Shown here piece after piece: positions 19,776 through 30,326 of a DNA stretch of 64,000 nt (position 1 is its first letter; each line of letters begins with the position of its first letter). The notes under the pieces are model-generated. The model was not told the DNA's origin, did no database searches, and worked only from the letters and a program-made list of their open reading frames with translations. The translations under genes and the position numbers were made by a program. The DNA is from an uncultured Puniceicoccaceae bacterium (GTDB lineage: Bacteria; Verrucomicrobiota; Verrucomicrobiia; Opitutales; Oceanipulchritudinaceae). The stretch spans positions 480,001 to 544,000 of the forward strand of contig CAWVVV010000001.1 in the NCBI GenBank assembly GCA_963933835.1, given 5' to 3'.

Positions 19776-21238
19776 CTGCCGCCATTTTCAGCTTGTATCC
19801 ATTCTTCCACGACGGATCGATCCGAGAACGATAATTTCTGATCACCCACCAACTGATAGTCCTCATGGCCCTTACCAGCGATCAGAATGAGGTCCCCATC
19901 CCTGGCTTGTTCCAACGCTGCGAGTATAGCGTCCTTCCGGTCTTCGATCGTCGCTACCCTACCTGCGTCCATAACCCCAGTCTGTATATCCGCGATGATT
20001 GATCGCGCATCTTCCGAACGCGGGTTGTCAGAAGTGATCCAAACTTGATCGGCGAGACGTGTAGCAATCTCACCCATTATCGCCCGTTTACCTCGATCCC
20101 GATCGCCTCCACATCCAAAAATGAGGTGCAAGGAACGAGGTGCCAGCTGTCGGCAAGCACTCAAGACAACTTCGAGCCCGTCCGGGTTGTGAGCATAATC
20201 GACTACCACCGCTGCTCCATTGGGCAGTTCGATGCGCTCCATTCGGCCAGGAATAGCCTGCACACCCGAAAGCGCCTCCCAGCTGGCTTCAAAGGAGTGC
20301 CCCAGCCCCAGCAAGGTTGCTCCTGCAGCCATCAGATTCTCTAATTGAAAAAAGCCTACCAACGAGGTTCGAAGCTCGGCCCGGGCACCTCTCCATTCAA
20401 CGCAGAAGTCAGTCCCAGTAGATTCGACCGAAGTATGAATCAGTTTCAAATCCGCCCAAGGTTCACTGCCATAAGTGACAACCGTCCCTGCGGTCTGAGA
20501 GGCATATACCGGAGTCATCGGAGAAGCGGTTGGCAAAACGGCGACGGCGTCCTTCCGAAGCGAACGAAAGAGCAAGCCTTTGGCCTCATGATAGTCCTGC
20601 AATGATCCGTGGAAATCGAGGTGATCGCGGGTAACGTTTGTCAGGACCGCTGCTTTCCATTGCACCGCAGCGACACGATCAAGGGCCAAGGCGTGTGAGG
20701 AAACCTCCATTGCAATAGCCTGTGCACCGTCCGCTCGAAGCCCGGCAAGCTTGCGATACAATTCTACAGATAGATCGGTGGTGTACTCGGGTGGAGACCA
20801 AAGCTGCCCGTTAAGAAATGTTCCAAGGGTTCCCAGGGAACCCGCCGAGCCTGTCAGCTTACGGAGGGCTTGATAGAGCAACTGTGTTGTTGTCGTTTTT
20901 CCGTTCGTCCCCGTTACGCCGATGAGAGGGAGAGATTCATCCGGCGAACCGTAAAAAGCTTTTGCGAGGCGAGCACAGGCTACGGGCACATTTTCGCTTT
21001 TGATACGAGTGCCTGTCGACTGACTGCTCACGACAAAGGCAGGGCCTCCACCCTGCACCGAGGCATGGATTTCATCTTCGCTCCACCACTGCTGGTAATC
21101 GTGGTATTCTGGAAAAACAAAGAATGCCTTCCCTTCGATATCTGCGCTCGGACGGCATTCGACACCTCTCACGACAATCGACCCATCGAGCCCTGGGTTC
21201 TCCAACCCGATAATCTTGAGCGCCTCGGCTAGTTTCAT
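19772..21238 (-). CDS. murE: UDP-N-acetylmuramoyl-tripeptide synthetase
   Basis: GVTGTNGKTT, MEVSSH, TNVTRDHLDFH, VDYAHNPD, DNPR and AGKGHE motifs. Confidence 0.95.
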   Translation of the reverse strand: MKLAEALKIIGLENPGLDGSIVVRGVECRPSADIEGKAFFVFPEYHDYQQWWSEDEIHASVQGGGPAFVVSSQSTGTRIKSENVPVACARLAKAFYGSPDESLPLIGVTGTNGKTTTTQLLYQALRKLTGSAGSLGTLGTFLNGQLWSPPEYTTDLSVELYRKLAGLRADGAQAIAMEVSSHALALDRVAAVQWKAAVLTNVTRDHLDFHGSLQDYHEAKGLLFRSLRKDAVAVLPTASPMTPVYASQTAGTVVTYGSEPWADLKLIHTSVESTGTDFCVEWRGARAELRTSLVGFFQLENLMAAGATLLGLGHSFEASWEALSGVQAIPGRMERIELPNGAAVVVDYAHNPDGLEVVLSACRQLAPRSLHLIFGCGGDRDRGKRAIMGEIATRLADQVWITSDNPRSEDARSIIADIQTGVMDAGRVATIEDRKDAILAALEQARDGDLILIAGKGHEDYQLVGDQKLSFSDRSVVEEWIQAENGGS

Positions 21239-21451
21239 CGCTTAGACAAAAGACCCAATTTCAACAAAAGCTAAAGGAGAATCCCGGAAAAAGAAAAGGG
21301 ACCCGATGGGGGGGCCTTCAATATTCGACCTACAGAGATAGTGCTGCGATCTGATGAGTCTATGACGACTCAAAAAGTGATAACTAACTGGAAATAGAGA
21401 CTGCTCTAGTTATTCACACCGGTCAATTTTACATTTGAGCCCATTATTGTT

Positions 21452-21742
21452 TTACAAATGGTTTACAGAGCCACCGACGCTGTAAACGTCGGCCATCATT
21501 ACCACGTAGGAATCACCGGCGATTTTCTTGGCCTTATCGAGCGAACCCTCAGTCGGTCCCATCCAGTTCGGGATCATCAGGATGCCCGGCTTCAGCTCGC
21601 CACCCAAATCGGAGTAAACGATCGTAGACTCAAACATGAGGTCACCTAGTTGATGCTGAACAACCTTGGTCACCTGCTCACCCCAAGCGCAAAGCGTAGT
21701 AATGGCGACCAAGGGAAAGAGATGAATAAGTCTAAAGCTCAT
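21452..21742 (-). pseudogene. Dienelactone hydrolase family protein, 3'-truncated (~96 aa)
   Basis: Signal peptide and KPGILMIPNWMG...YVVMMADVY, then an abrupt stop; no GxCxGG nucleophile motif. Confidence 0.75.
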
Positions 21743-21768
21743 CCCTACACGCATAGCCACGCTGCAAC

Positions 21769-22554
21769 TCAAAGCGAATTCAAATCGTCTTTTGTTACGG
21801 TGTAGTGAGCCGCGCAACGTGGGCAATTTACCGTCGCCGTTGGATCGTTGCCAAATATCTGTTCGGGGTCCTGCTCACAGATTGGGCGAAGCACCTCTTG
21901 GATCTTCTCCAAGCTGCATCCACAAAACCAACGATAGCGGCGGGTCTCGAGAAGATTGCTCTCCTCATTTTCCGACAATCCCGCGAGAATATCAGTGCTC
22001 ATCGTCGTGAACCAGCCCTCGTCGTAATCAGGGTGAGCCGTCGCTAGCACGCCCACATCGCCCTCGGGGAAAAACAGCCGCCCGGGGCGCTGCTCGCTTT
22101 GCGCATAAAAACGCTCCACAGGTGCGATCGCTCCCTGCCCCTTGAAATCGACGTAACTGCGATGCAGCGGTTTGTTCGGGCGCTTGATTTCCTGATACAT
22201 CTCACTTTCGCCACCCGGGCGAATACCCGAAGTAAAAAGCCGACCCGCGACCGTCCCTCGCTCAGTGTCGCCGGCAAAAAAAGCACTACAAAGCGGATTG
22301 GCGAAGCGGATCGTCCAAGCGATGACTTCGTTTTGCGGACGCGATGCACAATGCAGCGTAAAGGCCGCGAGCAATTCCTTGAAGAGTTGGTCAAATTCGG
22401 GTTCGTGGTGAATGCCCTGATCCTTGCAATGCAAGTAGTAGTCCACGTAAAGCGGCGAAAAATCGGCTTCGGAAAGGAGGACATTTCGATGGCGAACAAA
22501 GGTATTTTCCACCGTCACGCCACTTTCTAGAAAAGCTTTATCTTCTGCAGACAT
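21769..22554 (-). CDS. Hsp33 family molecular chaperone (HslO-like)
   Basis: FYAQSEQ and C-terminal CGCS...CPRC redox zinc motif; start refined to ATG 22554. Confidence 0.82.
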   Translation of the reverse strand: MSAEDKAFLESGVTVENTFVRHRNVLLSEADFSPLYVDYYLHCKDQGIHHEPEFDQLFKELLAAFTLHCASRPQNEVIAWTIRFANPLCSAFFAGDTERGTVAGRLFTSGIRPGGESEMYQEIKRPNKPLHRSYVDFKGQGAIAPVERFYAQSEQRPGRLFFPEGDVGVLATAHPDYDEGWFTTMSTDILAGLSENEESNLLETRRYRWFCGCSLEKIQEVLRPICEQDPEQIFGNDPTATVNCPRCAAHYTVTKDDLNSL

Positions 22555-22585
22555 CTCTTTCTCCAAATCACCCACCCCACGAAGG

Positions 22586-23311
22586 TCAACTATCGTCCGC
22601 AAACTTTCGGATATCGACATAGCTGCCAGAAGCGACCTGCTCGACCAACTTCGGGGCGACATCCCAGAGCCGTAGCCCTACTTCCACCCCGTCCGGCATC
22701 TGTTCAGTCCCTTTTGCCGCCTTCAAGCGCTCAATCGTCGGATAGCGCTCATCGACTGCCAATGCGGTCAGATAATCCTGCATCTCTGAATCCACGAGAC
22801 CCGGTGCCAGAGCTGTAAAATGCGTCTTGGGCAATTCAGCAGCAAAGGATTGCACCCACATATTCAAAGCTGCCTTCGAAATTCCGTAGGCATTCCAACC
22901 GCGATGCCCACTAATAGAGGCGCCCGAAGAAATTGCCACCACCTGTTCAATCTGCGCCCTTCCCTCGAGAAGACTAAGCAACCAGTGATTAGCGAAGACA
23001 TTGACCTCGAAGGTTGCTTTCAAAATGCTCAACGAGGTTGCACGCAGATCGGCGATGGGCGGGAGGATCCCCGCGTTGAGCCAAACCTGGTCCCACTTGC
23101 CCACATCCGCCACCCAGTTCTCAACGGCAGCCGAGGCGTTCTCAGCGTCTGACAAATCTGCTGACAAAAAACGCAAGCGCTCCCTGTAAACTGAGAATGA
23201 CTTGTCCGGTGGGCGGCGACTGATCCCCCACACGTTTGCACCCGCCCTGAGTGCCGCGTGAGCCAGCCCCTCTCCAAGCCCTGAACTGATCCCTGTGATT
23301 AATACATTCAC
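22586..23311 (-). CDS. SDR family oxidoreductase
   Basis: ITGISSGLG, NAG, ISSGA, YGISKAA and APGLVD motifs; GTG start at 23311. Confidence 0.9.
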   Translation of the reverse strand: MNVLITGISSGLGEGLAHAALRAGANVWGISRRPPDKSFSVYRERLRFLSADLSDAENASAAVENWVADVGKWDQVWLNAGILPPIADLRATSLSILKATFEVNVFANHWLLSLLEGRAQIEQVVAISSGASISGHRGWNAYGISKAALNMWVQSFAAELPKTHFTALAPGLVDSEMQDYLTALAVDERYPTIERLKAAKGTEQMPDGVEVGLRLWDVAPKLVEQVASGSYVDIRKFADDS

Positions 23312-23377
23312 GCCGCCAAATGAAGCATTTCCACACAACAAGGCAACCTCGCCGCGTTGCAAAATTTTGCAGAACCA

Positions 23378-23884
23378 TCATTGATGATCGATACTTAGAA
23401 TGACTCGACTTGCCATCCAAAGCTCAACTGTGACATCAACTGGATTCAAATGAGTCGCCGCCAAGCGAGCGGTGCTGTAGCGCTTCTTGAGCTCAAGGCG
23501 ACTTTTGAGATATTGAAGGTGCCGCATCCCGACCTTTAAGTTTATCCGCCAATTGTAGGCCTGCTCCCAGGAGTGGTCTGATCGATCCGACCAAGCCGCA
23601 TGAGACAGCTGCATCATGCCCCGCGCGTAGTCGGTGTCAGCATGCGCGTTGAGCGTACTCTCAGCGTAGGCAATGTTGAGAACAAAGGCTGGATCGAGCC
23701 CATATTGAGGCGCTTCTCGCTGAATTTCCGCCCAAACGACTTCCTTCGGAATGTAGGCATCTCCCCGACGCGAGCAGGTGAAGAGGAAAACGAGGCCCAG
23801 GAGTCCCGCGAGGGCTAAGAAGAAGTTTCGCCCGTTGATCGCGATGGAGAATGTCGCAGGCAAATCTGAATGATTTTTCTTCAA
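23378..23884 (-). CDS. Lytic transglycosylase SLT-domain protein (C-terminus possibly aberrant)
   Basis: TM anchor; YGLDP, AES catalytic motif, ARGMMQL and NLKVG..HL. Confidence 0.75.
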   Translation of the reverse strand: MKKNHSDLPATFSIAINGRNFFLALAGLLGLVFLFTCSRRGDAYIPKEVVWAEIQREAPQYGLDPAFVLNIAYAESTLNAHADTDYARGMMQLSHAAWSDRSDHSWEQAYNWRINLKVGMRHLQYLKSRLELKKRYSTARLAATHLNPVDVTVELWMASRVILSIDHQ

Positions 23885-23902
23885 TGAGATATCACTGGCT
23901 CT

Positions 23903-24935
23903 CTACCAGCGGCTCTTTAGATTCCAAAGCTCGCGGCCATCTTTAATCACCTGCGCGAGGACTTCGGGCGTAATGCTCTGCTTCGGATCGTCTCCGATTC
24001 CATGCCTTGGATTACAGTGGGTTTCGATGATCAGGCCGTCCGCTCCATAAGCTAGCGCTGAGAGGCAGCACGCAGGCACGTATTTCGCCCGTCCGACGGA
24101 GTGTGATGGGTCCACCACAACGGGCGCCCACGTCCGCTCCTTCAGCAGCGGCGTGATCGACTCGTCAGGATGGTTCCGGTAGCCATCGAGGCCGGGCAAG
24201 GTGCCCCTCGGGCAGAGGAGAACATTTGGGTTACCATTCGCCACGAGGTATTCCGCCGCCGCGATAAATTCGTCAACCGGGGCCATCGCCCGCCCCCGCT
24301 TCAGGAGGATGGGGATGCGGTGCTCGCAGGTCGCCCGGCCTATCGCCCCGAGAAGCGAGTAGTTCAATGCGTTGCGCGCACCAATCTGGATAGCGTCCAA
24401 CTTTGCCTCCATCGAGAGCTGCAAATGCTCAACCTCCATCACCTCAGCGATGACGGGGAGGCCAGTCTGCGCTCGGGCTTCGAGCAGGATGTCGAGCGAC
24501 CGGGCCGCCTTGAAAGGAGTGTGGCGATGTCCTTGGTTTCCAAACGCCACCGCGGATCATATGCGCCCCTGCTTCTTTGACCCCTGCGGCGGTTTCGAGA
24601 AAGTGCTGTGGCTCGTCGGGGTTGATGGTGCACTGCCCAGCGATAAAGAGTGGCTCGGCGCCCATTTTCACCCCCGCTACCTCCATCGCCTGCGCCCCAA
24701 GATCACTACGGCGATCCATCAGCTTATAGACGGAGTCCATCCGATCAACACGATCGACACAGGAGAGCCCAAGGAGGCGGTTGACCATCGTCTCACTACG
24801 TTCGTCGCCGATGATTGCGTAGATATTCCGACGCGCCCCATGGATGACTTGGATTGAGCACTGAAACTCGCCCACGATGGCTTCGACTTCTGTGAGTTCA
24901 TCCGGTGAAAAAACGGGGGCTTTAGGAATTATCAT
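23903..24935 (-). pseudogene. Class I-beta DAHP synthase with N-terminal ferredoxin-like regulatory domain, frameshifted near 24507
   Basis: ORF 24444-24935 has IAGQC and RGGVWKPRTSPHSFQG. ORF 23903-24550 continues with QIGARN, LLKRG, VDPSHSVG and ADGLIIETH. Confidence 0.88.
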
Positions 24936-25048
24936 AGTTTACTCTACATGAGTGAGCACAGACGGGGAGTAGGTCGAGGCAATTGGATCGCTCATAAGTC
25001 GCGACAAAGAGTTGCGCCCATCTCACTTAGCCACCCTCTTGTTCCTCT

Positions 25049-25708
25049 ATGTCATCCTCCGAGCATCGCATGCGATTCAACGACAAGCCACGAGGCTCAA
25101 CCGTCGTTCTCAACCTGCTGATCGCAAACATCCTCGTCTTCATCCTTCAGCAGATTAGCGCACATCTGGATGTCAGTCTGCTCTACCAGTATCTCCCGCT
25201 CTACAGTCTGGAAACGGGGCTGTTCCGGCCCTGGCAACTGCTCACGTATGGCTTCATGCATGATCCAGGGGGCATCATGCATATCTTGTTCAATATGATT
25301 GTGCTCTGGATGTTTGGCCGAATCCTCGCCGCCGACCTTGGAGAAAAACGGTTTTTAATCTACTTCCTATGCTGCATTGTCGGAGGCGGACTGGTGCAGC
25401 TCTTGATCGCTCCCTTTTTCGGACCCTTTAACGTCGTCCTGGGTGCCTCTGGTGGAACGATGGGCCTGCTCCTCGCCTTCGGATGGCGCTATCCCACCTT
25501 GGAGATCATGCTGCTCTTTCCTCCGATACCGGTGAAGGCACGCAATCTCGTAATTTTCCTCGCCCTCTTTGATGTCGTCGGCGGCATCGGCGGCGGGCCG
25601 TTCGGCATCGCTCACTTTGCCCACATCGGCGGCTTACTATCGGGTCTGCTCCTGATGGCTTATTGGCGCGGGAAACTACCGCTCAAGCCCAAGGAAATGC
25701 TGCCTTAA
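25049..25708 (+). CDS. Rhomboid family intramembrane serine protease
   Basis: PWQLLTYGFMH, HILFNM, GASG and AHFAHIGG motifs. Confidence 0.95.
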   Translation: MSSSEHRMRFNDKPRGSTVVLNLLIANILVFILQQISAHLDVSLLYQYLPLYSLETGLFRPWQLLTYGFMHDPGGIMHILFNMIVLWMFGRILAADLGEKRFLIYFLCCIVGGGLVQLLIAPFFGPFNVVLGASGGTMGLLLAFGWRYPTLEIMLLFPPIPVKARNLVIFLALFDVVGGIGGGPFGIAHFAHIGGLLSGLLLMAYWRGKLPLKPKEMLP

Positions 25709-25719
25709 GGCGCGACTGT

Positions 25720-26850
25720 TTACTTCAGCGGGCGGCCTGTTCGCGAAAAAAGCCAGAGCGCAAAACAAAGCATCAAAACCGTTGGCATCGCCGCGACTCC
25801 GAAGGCCGAGAGCGTCGAGGGCAGAAGCGCACCCATCGCTTGGGTCGAGCCAAAGTAGACGACGTATAGAGCAATCGCCTTCACGATGCCAAAGAGTGGG
25901 TTCGCGCGTATAGGACCGATCGCAAACGGCACTGCCAGCCCAATTGCGATGAGGACATCGAGGGGGTTTAGCAGGACGCGCAGGTAGCGCAGAGTGTACT
26001 TCCGCGCCGAGGGGTCATTCGCCTCCTCGAGGGCATTGCGCACCCGCTTAAGCTGCCAAACAGAGAGCTCCTGTGGGCGCTTTTTCAAATACTGCATCAG
26101 CGTCGGGTCTTCTTTCATCTCGAGCATCTCGCGACGCTCAAACCCGATGTTGCGGAGCGCATCGCCTTCAACCGGATCAAACGTCACTTCGCGGCCGTTG
26201 AGAAAGACCCAGTGCCCGCTCAACTCTTCATAGTAGCCACGGTTGGCAACGATTCGACTGATCTCTGCCCCCGTTTCATCGAAGTTTGAGACCGTAATTC
26301 CGTAGGCGTTGTAGTCGTATTCGCTAAAGAGATTTATAAACCAACGACGGCGGCCTTCAGGGTTGTTGAAGGTCAGATTGGGCACACGGCCAATTTCCTC
26401 CGGGGATTTATCTTTAGCCTTCTCACCTTCGAAGCGGTAGGCATTCCAAAGTTCATTTGAGCTCTCTTTTGCCCACGGCACAAAGTGTCCATTGAGCCAG
26501 AAGAGCAGCCCTGCCAAGATGACTCCAACAACCCAGCAATAGCGCGTGATACGGGCGGCTGAGAGGCCCGCATTACGCATCGCTACGATTTCTAGGCGAC
26601 GGTGCATCCCAGCCAGCGCCGCCAACGCTGAGATCAAAACCGATAGCGGCAAAACGAGCGGGAAAAACGTTGGGATAATAATCAGGTAATACTGCAAAAT
26701 CTCCGATGCCGAAGCGCCAAAGCGGATCAAATCGATCAGGCGGTTCTGCATGTCTGCGACGAGAAACAGCCCCACGAGGGTCGACGCGGTCAGCAAAAGC
26801 ATACGCAGCCACTCTGTTAAAACGAGGCGATCTAGACGGGTGAAGTGCAT
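25720..26850 (-). CDS. LptF/LptG family permease
   Basis: LDRLV, LPLSVL and EIVAMRNAGLS motifs; 3 TM + jellyroll + 3 TM layout. Confidence 0.9.
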   Translation of the reverse strand: MHFTRLDRLVLTEWLRMLLLTASTLVGLFLVADMQNRLIDLIRFGASASEILQYYLIIIPTFFPLVLPLSVLISALAALAGMHRRLEIVAMRNAGLSAARITRYCWVVGVILAGLLFWLNGHFVPWAKESSNELWNAYRFEGEKAKDKSPEEIGRVPNLTFNNPEGRRRWFINLFSEYDYNAYGITVSNFDETGAEISRIVANRGYYEELSGHWVFLNGREVTFDPVEGDALRNIGFERREMLEMKEDPTLMQYLKKRPQELSVWQLKRVRNALEEANDPSARKYTLRYLRVLLNPLDVLIAIGLAVPFAIGPIRANPLFGIVKAIALYVVYFGSTQAMGALLPSTLSAFGVAAMPTVLMLCFALWLFSRTGRPLK

Positions 26851-26955
26851 TGAAGAACCATGAGAAGAGCAGGCCGAGGCAGACTGTCCAAGTGTCTTTT
26901 TCATCTACCCATGGGCAACCCTTGACCTCCCATTTCCAGCGCCCACGATTTTTGT

Positions 26956-27414
26956 ATGCGCTGGTTGGAGAAGCATCTTGAGAAGAAGGCGGAGCCGGAG
27001 CTCTGGCAATTCGCCTACGAAGCCTTTTCGCAGACACCGATCACTGATGATCAGGCGGAAACCATCGCGACCGCATGTCAAAGCCCAGCGCAACTCGCCC
27101 TCATGGGGAAACTTCTCGGCGAGAGCCTCATCGAAAAAGAACCACCAAGCGAACGTGTTCGGCTCCTCTTATCTATTGTGGATGAATCCGTTGCCTCGCT
27201 TGCAGAGTGGATCGCTGCCCTCGAGGGCTTTTATGCATGGCTCAAAGAGGAAGGGCGCTCCACGGGCTTCGGCCTCGCCCTAGGCTACATTCACTGCAGC
27301 AGCGATGCGATCGCGGGCGGCGCCCCCTTCAGCAATCTCTCCCAAGCCACGGACGAGATGCTCGGCCTCTACGGCTTTGACGGCGATTCCGACGCTAAAA
27401 ACCCGCCCGAATGA
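26956..27414 (+). CDS. Hypothetical protein
   Basis: 152-aa ORF filling the gap, with coding-like composition; no recognisable motif. Confidence 0.6.
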   Translation: MRWLEKHLEKKAEPELWQFAYEAFSQTPITDDQAETIATACQSPAQLALMGKLLGESLIEKEPPSERVRLLLSIVDESVASLAEWIAALEGFYAWLKEEGRSTGFGLALGYIHCSSDAIAGGAPFSNLSQATDEMLGLYGFDGDSDAKNPPE

Positions 27415-28330
27415 TCGCCTCGTAGCCTGAGGCAAAGGATGGATGTGCAGGCTCCCAATCGAGTTCATCCCTTATTTTTTGCGCCGCGATGCGACGGTTT
27501 GGCGGACGTCCATTGGCGAACAAGCGACGCTGCATTCGCTCCGTCACTAGCTCCGGCGAAAAGACCGGCATCGGCACGTTGAGACGCTTCGCCGCCCACG
27601 CAACGATGTCCTCCTTGAGCGAAGGTGAACCATCGGCAAGATTCCAAACAGTGTAGCCTCGTTTCCGCTTCTCGAGCGCGCGTAGAATCGCCCTCGCGGC
27701 ATCATCCCGGTGAATAAGGTTCAAATAGTAGTCTCCCACTCCGGGAATCTTATCCACGCCCTCGCGTAGCATATCCAAAAGATAATGACGGCCCGGACCA
27801 TAGATGCCTGCTAACCGCATCACGGCACCCGAGGACAGATCGCCTGAGCCGACAGCCTCCGCGATAAGGTCTTCGGTCTCGACCAGCACTTCATTCATCG
27901 GCGTCGAGGGAGCCGTCGGTCCTTGTTCGTTCAGCCAACCCCCATCCGAATCCGGATAAACGGACGTGCTGCTCGTATAAACCAGGCAGCGCACCGCACC
28001 CTTTTTCGCCCAGTCCAGGAGGCTGGTCATCCCTTCGTAGTAGGATTTCCGATAGCCTTCGACGCCACCGCCACCTGAGCTGACGCAGTTTACGACCGAG
28101 ACGCCATCGGCGGAGATCCGATCATGCCACTCCGAAGAATCCAGATCTGCCACAATGACTTCGATGCGATAGGTCGCCTTCAGGCGAGCTGCCTTATCAG
28201 CATTTCGAGTCAGCGCCGTAACCCTCCAGCCTTTCTCCACCGCACCCGCCACAACAGCACTGCCAATGTAGCCACAGCCAACGACGAAGAGTCGCCCGCC
28301 TTCACTGGTTTTGGGTGCACTATCTGACAT
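27395..28330 (-). CDS. NAD-dependent epimerase/dehydratase (atypical SDR, YeeZ-like)
   Basis: [25 protein letters not shown] and NLIHRDD motifs; start refined to ATG 28330. Confidence 0.9.
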   Translation of the reverse strand: MSDSAPKTSEGGRLFVVGCGYIGSAVVAGAVEKGWRVTALTRNADKAARLKATYRIEVIVADLDSSEWHDRISADGVSVVNCVSSGGGGVEGYRKSYYEGMTSLLDWAKKGAVRCLVYTSSTSVYPDSDGGWLNEQGPTAPSTPMNEVLVETEDLIAEAVGSGDLSSGAVMRLAGIYGPGRHYLLDMLREGVDKIPGVGDYYLNLIHRDDAARAILRALEKRKRGYTVWNLADGSPSLKEDIVAWAAKRLNVPMPVFSPELVTERMQRRLFANGRPPNRRIAAQKIRDELDWEPAHPSFASGYEAIIRAGF

Positions 28331-28381
28331 GAGCGCAACAAAAGGCTGTTCTTGGCCTTCCGCAATGCTTTGCCTGCCCTT

Positions 28382-29293
28382 ATGACGACTCCGCGCTGGG
28401 AAGACATCCGCAACTACCTCCAAGGCCTTCAATCCGATTTGATCGGTGAACTCCGCGCGCTGGATCCCGAGGTTGAGTTTCGCGACGACCCTTGGGAACG
28501 CGAGGCAGGCGGCGGCGGGCGCACACAAGTCATCGGCAATGGGCAGCTCTGGGAAAAAGGAGGGGTCAACTTTTCCGAAGTCTTTGGACCCGGCCTCCCG
28601 GCTTCCGCCACCAAAGAACGCCCCGAGCTCGCAGGTCGCCCCTTCAAGGCAATGGGAGTCTCGGTCGTCATTCACCCGAAGAACCCCTACATCCCAACCA
28701 CGCACATGAACGTGCGCTTCTTTACTACCACTGACGATGAACCGATCTGGTGGTTTGGAGGCGGTTTCGATCTGACGCCCTACTACCCTTTCGAGGAAGA
28801 TGCGGTCAGCTGGCACCAGTCTGCCAAAGATGCCTGCGACAAGATCAACCCCAGCCTGTATTCGAAATTCAAGGACACCTGCGACGACTATTTCTACTTA
28901 AAGCACCGTGATGAAACCCGTGGCGTCGGTGGACTCTTCTTCGACGATTTAAATGAGTTCGGCTTTGAGGAAAGCTTCCGCCTCATGCGCTCCGTCGGTG
29001 ACACCTTCTGGCAGGCATACCAACCAATCGTCGAAAAGCGAAAAGAGGCCCACTACGTCGAACGTGAACGCCAATGGCAGCTCTATCGCCGCGGACGCTA
29101 TGTCGAGTTCAACCTTCTCTACGACCGCGGAACCCTCTTCGGGCTGCAAAGCGGTGGGCGCACCGAAAGCATCCTCATGAGCCTACCGCCGCTGGTCCGC
29201 TGGGACTACCTCCCAGAGATTGCACCGGACTCGCCCGAAGCAAGTCTCGCAAAAGACTTTCTTAGGCCGCGTGACTGGCTAGGATTGCAGTAA
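28382..29293 (+). CDS. hemF: Oxygen-dependent coproporphyrinogen III oxidase
   Basis: [37 protein letters not shown] and [12 protein letters not shown] motifs. Confidence 0.97.
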   Translation: MTTPRWEDIRNYLQGLQSDLIGELRALDPEVEFRDDPWEREAGGGGRTQVIGNGQLWEKGGVNFSEVFGPGLPASATKERPELAGRPFKAMGVSVVIHPKNPYIPTTHMNVRFFTTTDDEPIWWFGGGFDLTPYYPFEEDAVSWHQSAKDACDKINPSLYSKFKDTCDDYFYLKHRDETRGVGGLFFDDLNEFGFEESFRLMRSVGDTFWQAYQPIVEKRKEAHYVERERQWQLYRRGRYVEFNLLYDRGTLFGLQSGGRTESILMSLPPLVRWDYLPEIAPDSPEASLAKDFLRPRDWLGLQ

Positions 29294-29303
29294 GCCGATC
29301 AAT

Positions 29304-30326
29304 CTACCCCTCCAGCAGATAAGAGCTCAACGTCGTCCCGGCATACCCAACGAGGAGAATAATGCCAAAAGAGCGGCCCAGCTTCTCTTTCTCGACCCAT
29401 ATACCGACCCGGAAGATCACTAAGAGGATCAACATGCCGGGGAAGAGGAGTCTGAAGAAGCGAGGATCTGCGTTCAGCCCATTCGGAGTCACTGCCGCAC
29501 TCAAGCCCGCCACAAAGAGGACATTTAGAATATCGGCTCCGATCACATTGCCTACCGCCAGTTCACCATGGCCGCGCCGAACCGCATTCAGTGCGGTCAC
29601 TAATTCCGGCAAGGACGTGCCAAATGCCACCAGCGTCGCTGCGATGATCGCTTGAGGGATTCCCAAATCAAGCGCGATGACCTCAATCGTCGGGATCAAG
29701 ACATGCGAAGAGCCAACGACTAGAAAGATGCCAAAGCACAAAAGAGCGAGCACGTGCCAGGTCGGTTTCTTCTCATCAACATCCGGAACCTCGGTTGCGA
29801 TGCTCGAGCCCCGCGCTCCGATGACTGAGCCGACGAGATAAACAATCAAGAGCCCAACGAGAACAAAGCCTTCCCACTGCGCTAAAGTTCCGCCGGTGGA
29901 CCATGCCGTGCCCGGAGCACTCCAAGGCACGCATAAAAGCACGAGCAAAACGCCTGCGCCGATTTGAATCCATCCTTGCCGGTTAACTACCGACTTTTGC
30001 AGCGGCAACGGTGAGATCACTGCCGCAAGTCCAAGAATGAGCCCGCAATCCGTGATGATCGAGCCCACAGCGTTGCCGAGCGCGAGGTCAGGATTGCCGC
30101 CGATGGCCGCCATGACCGAAACCGCCGCTTCCGGGAGTGTCGTCCCGAGACTTACAATCGTCGCCCCGATGATCACGGTCGGCACGCCCCACGCCTTCGA
30201 AAGCGTCACTGCTTCCTCGACGAGAAGGTCAGCCCCTTTTGCCAAAACATAGAGCGCTATCGCAAAAATCCCCAAGAGGGCAATCAGGGGCAACGCATCC
30301 AAATTGCTGTGCAACCAAGCTTCCAT
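29304..30326 (-). CDS. Calcium/sodium antiporter (CaCA, YrbG-like)
   Basis: Duplicated alpha repeats GTTLPE and GTSLPE with GNAVGS/GNVIGA. Confidence 0.92.
   Translation of the reverse strand: MEAWLHSNLDALPLIALLGIFAIALYVLAKGADLLVEEAVTLSKAWGVPTVIIGATIVSLGTTLPEAAVSVMAAIGGNPDLALGNAVGSIITDCGLILGLAAVISPLPLQKSVVNRQGWIQIGAGVLLVLLCVPWSAPGTAWSTGGTLAQWEGFVLVGLLIVYLVGSVIGARGSSIATEVPDVDEKKPTWHVLALLCFGIFLVVGSSHVLIPTIEVIALDLGIPQAIIAATLVAFGTSLPELVTALNAVRRGHGELAVGNVIGADILNVLFVAGLSAAVTPNGLNADPRFFRLLFPGMLILLVIFRVGIWVEKEKLGRSFGIILLVGYAGTTLSSYLLEG

Noticed and set aside
21351..21375. Hammerhead ribozyme-like CTGATGA-GTC-tat-GAC
   Set aside because: The core needs GAAA after stem II but the sequence is GACT, and I found no stems I/III or NUH cleavage site.
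21377..21417. Integron attC site
   Set aside because: The inverted repeat lacks RYYYAAC/GTTRRRY cores, and there is no cassette ORF or integrase.
27395..28816. 473-aa version of the SDR ORF
   Set aside because: The N-terminal 160 aa is the antisense shadow of hemF; the real start is ATG 28330.
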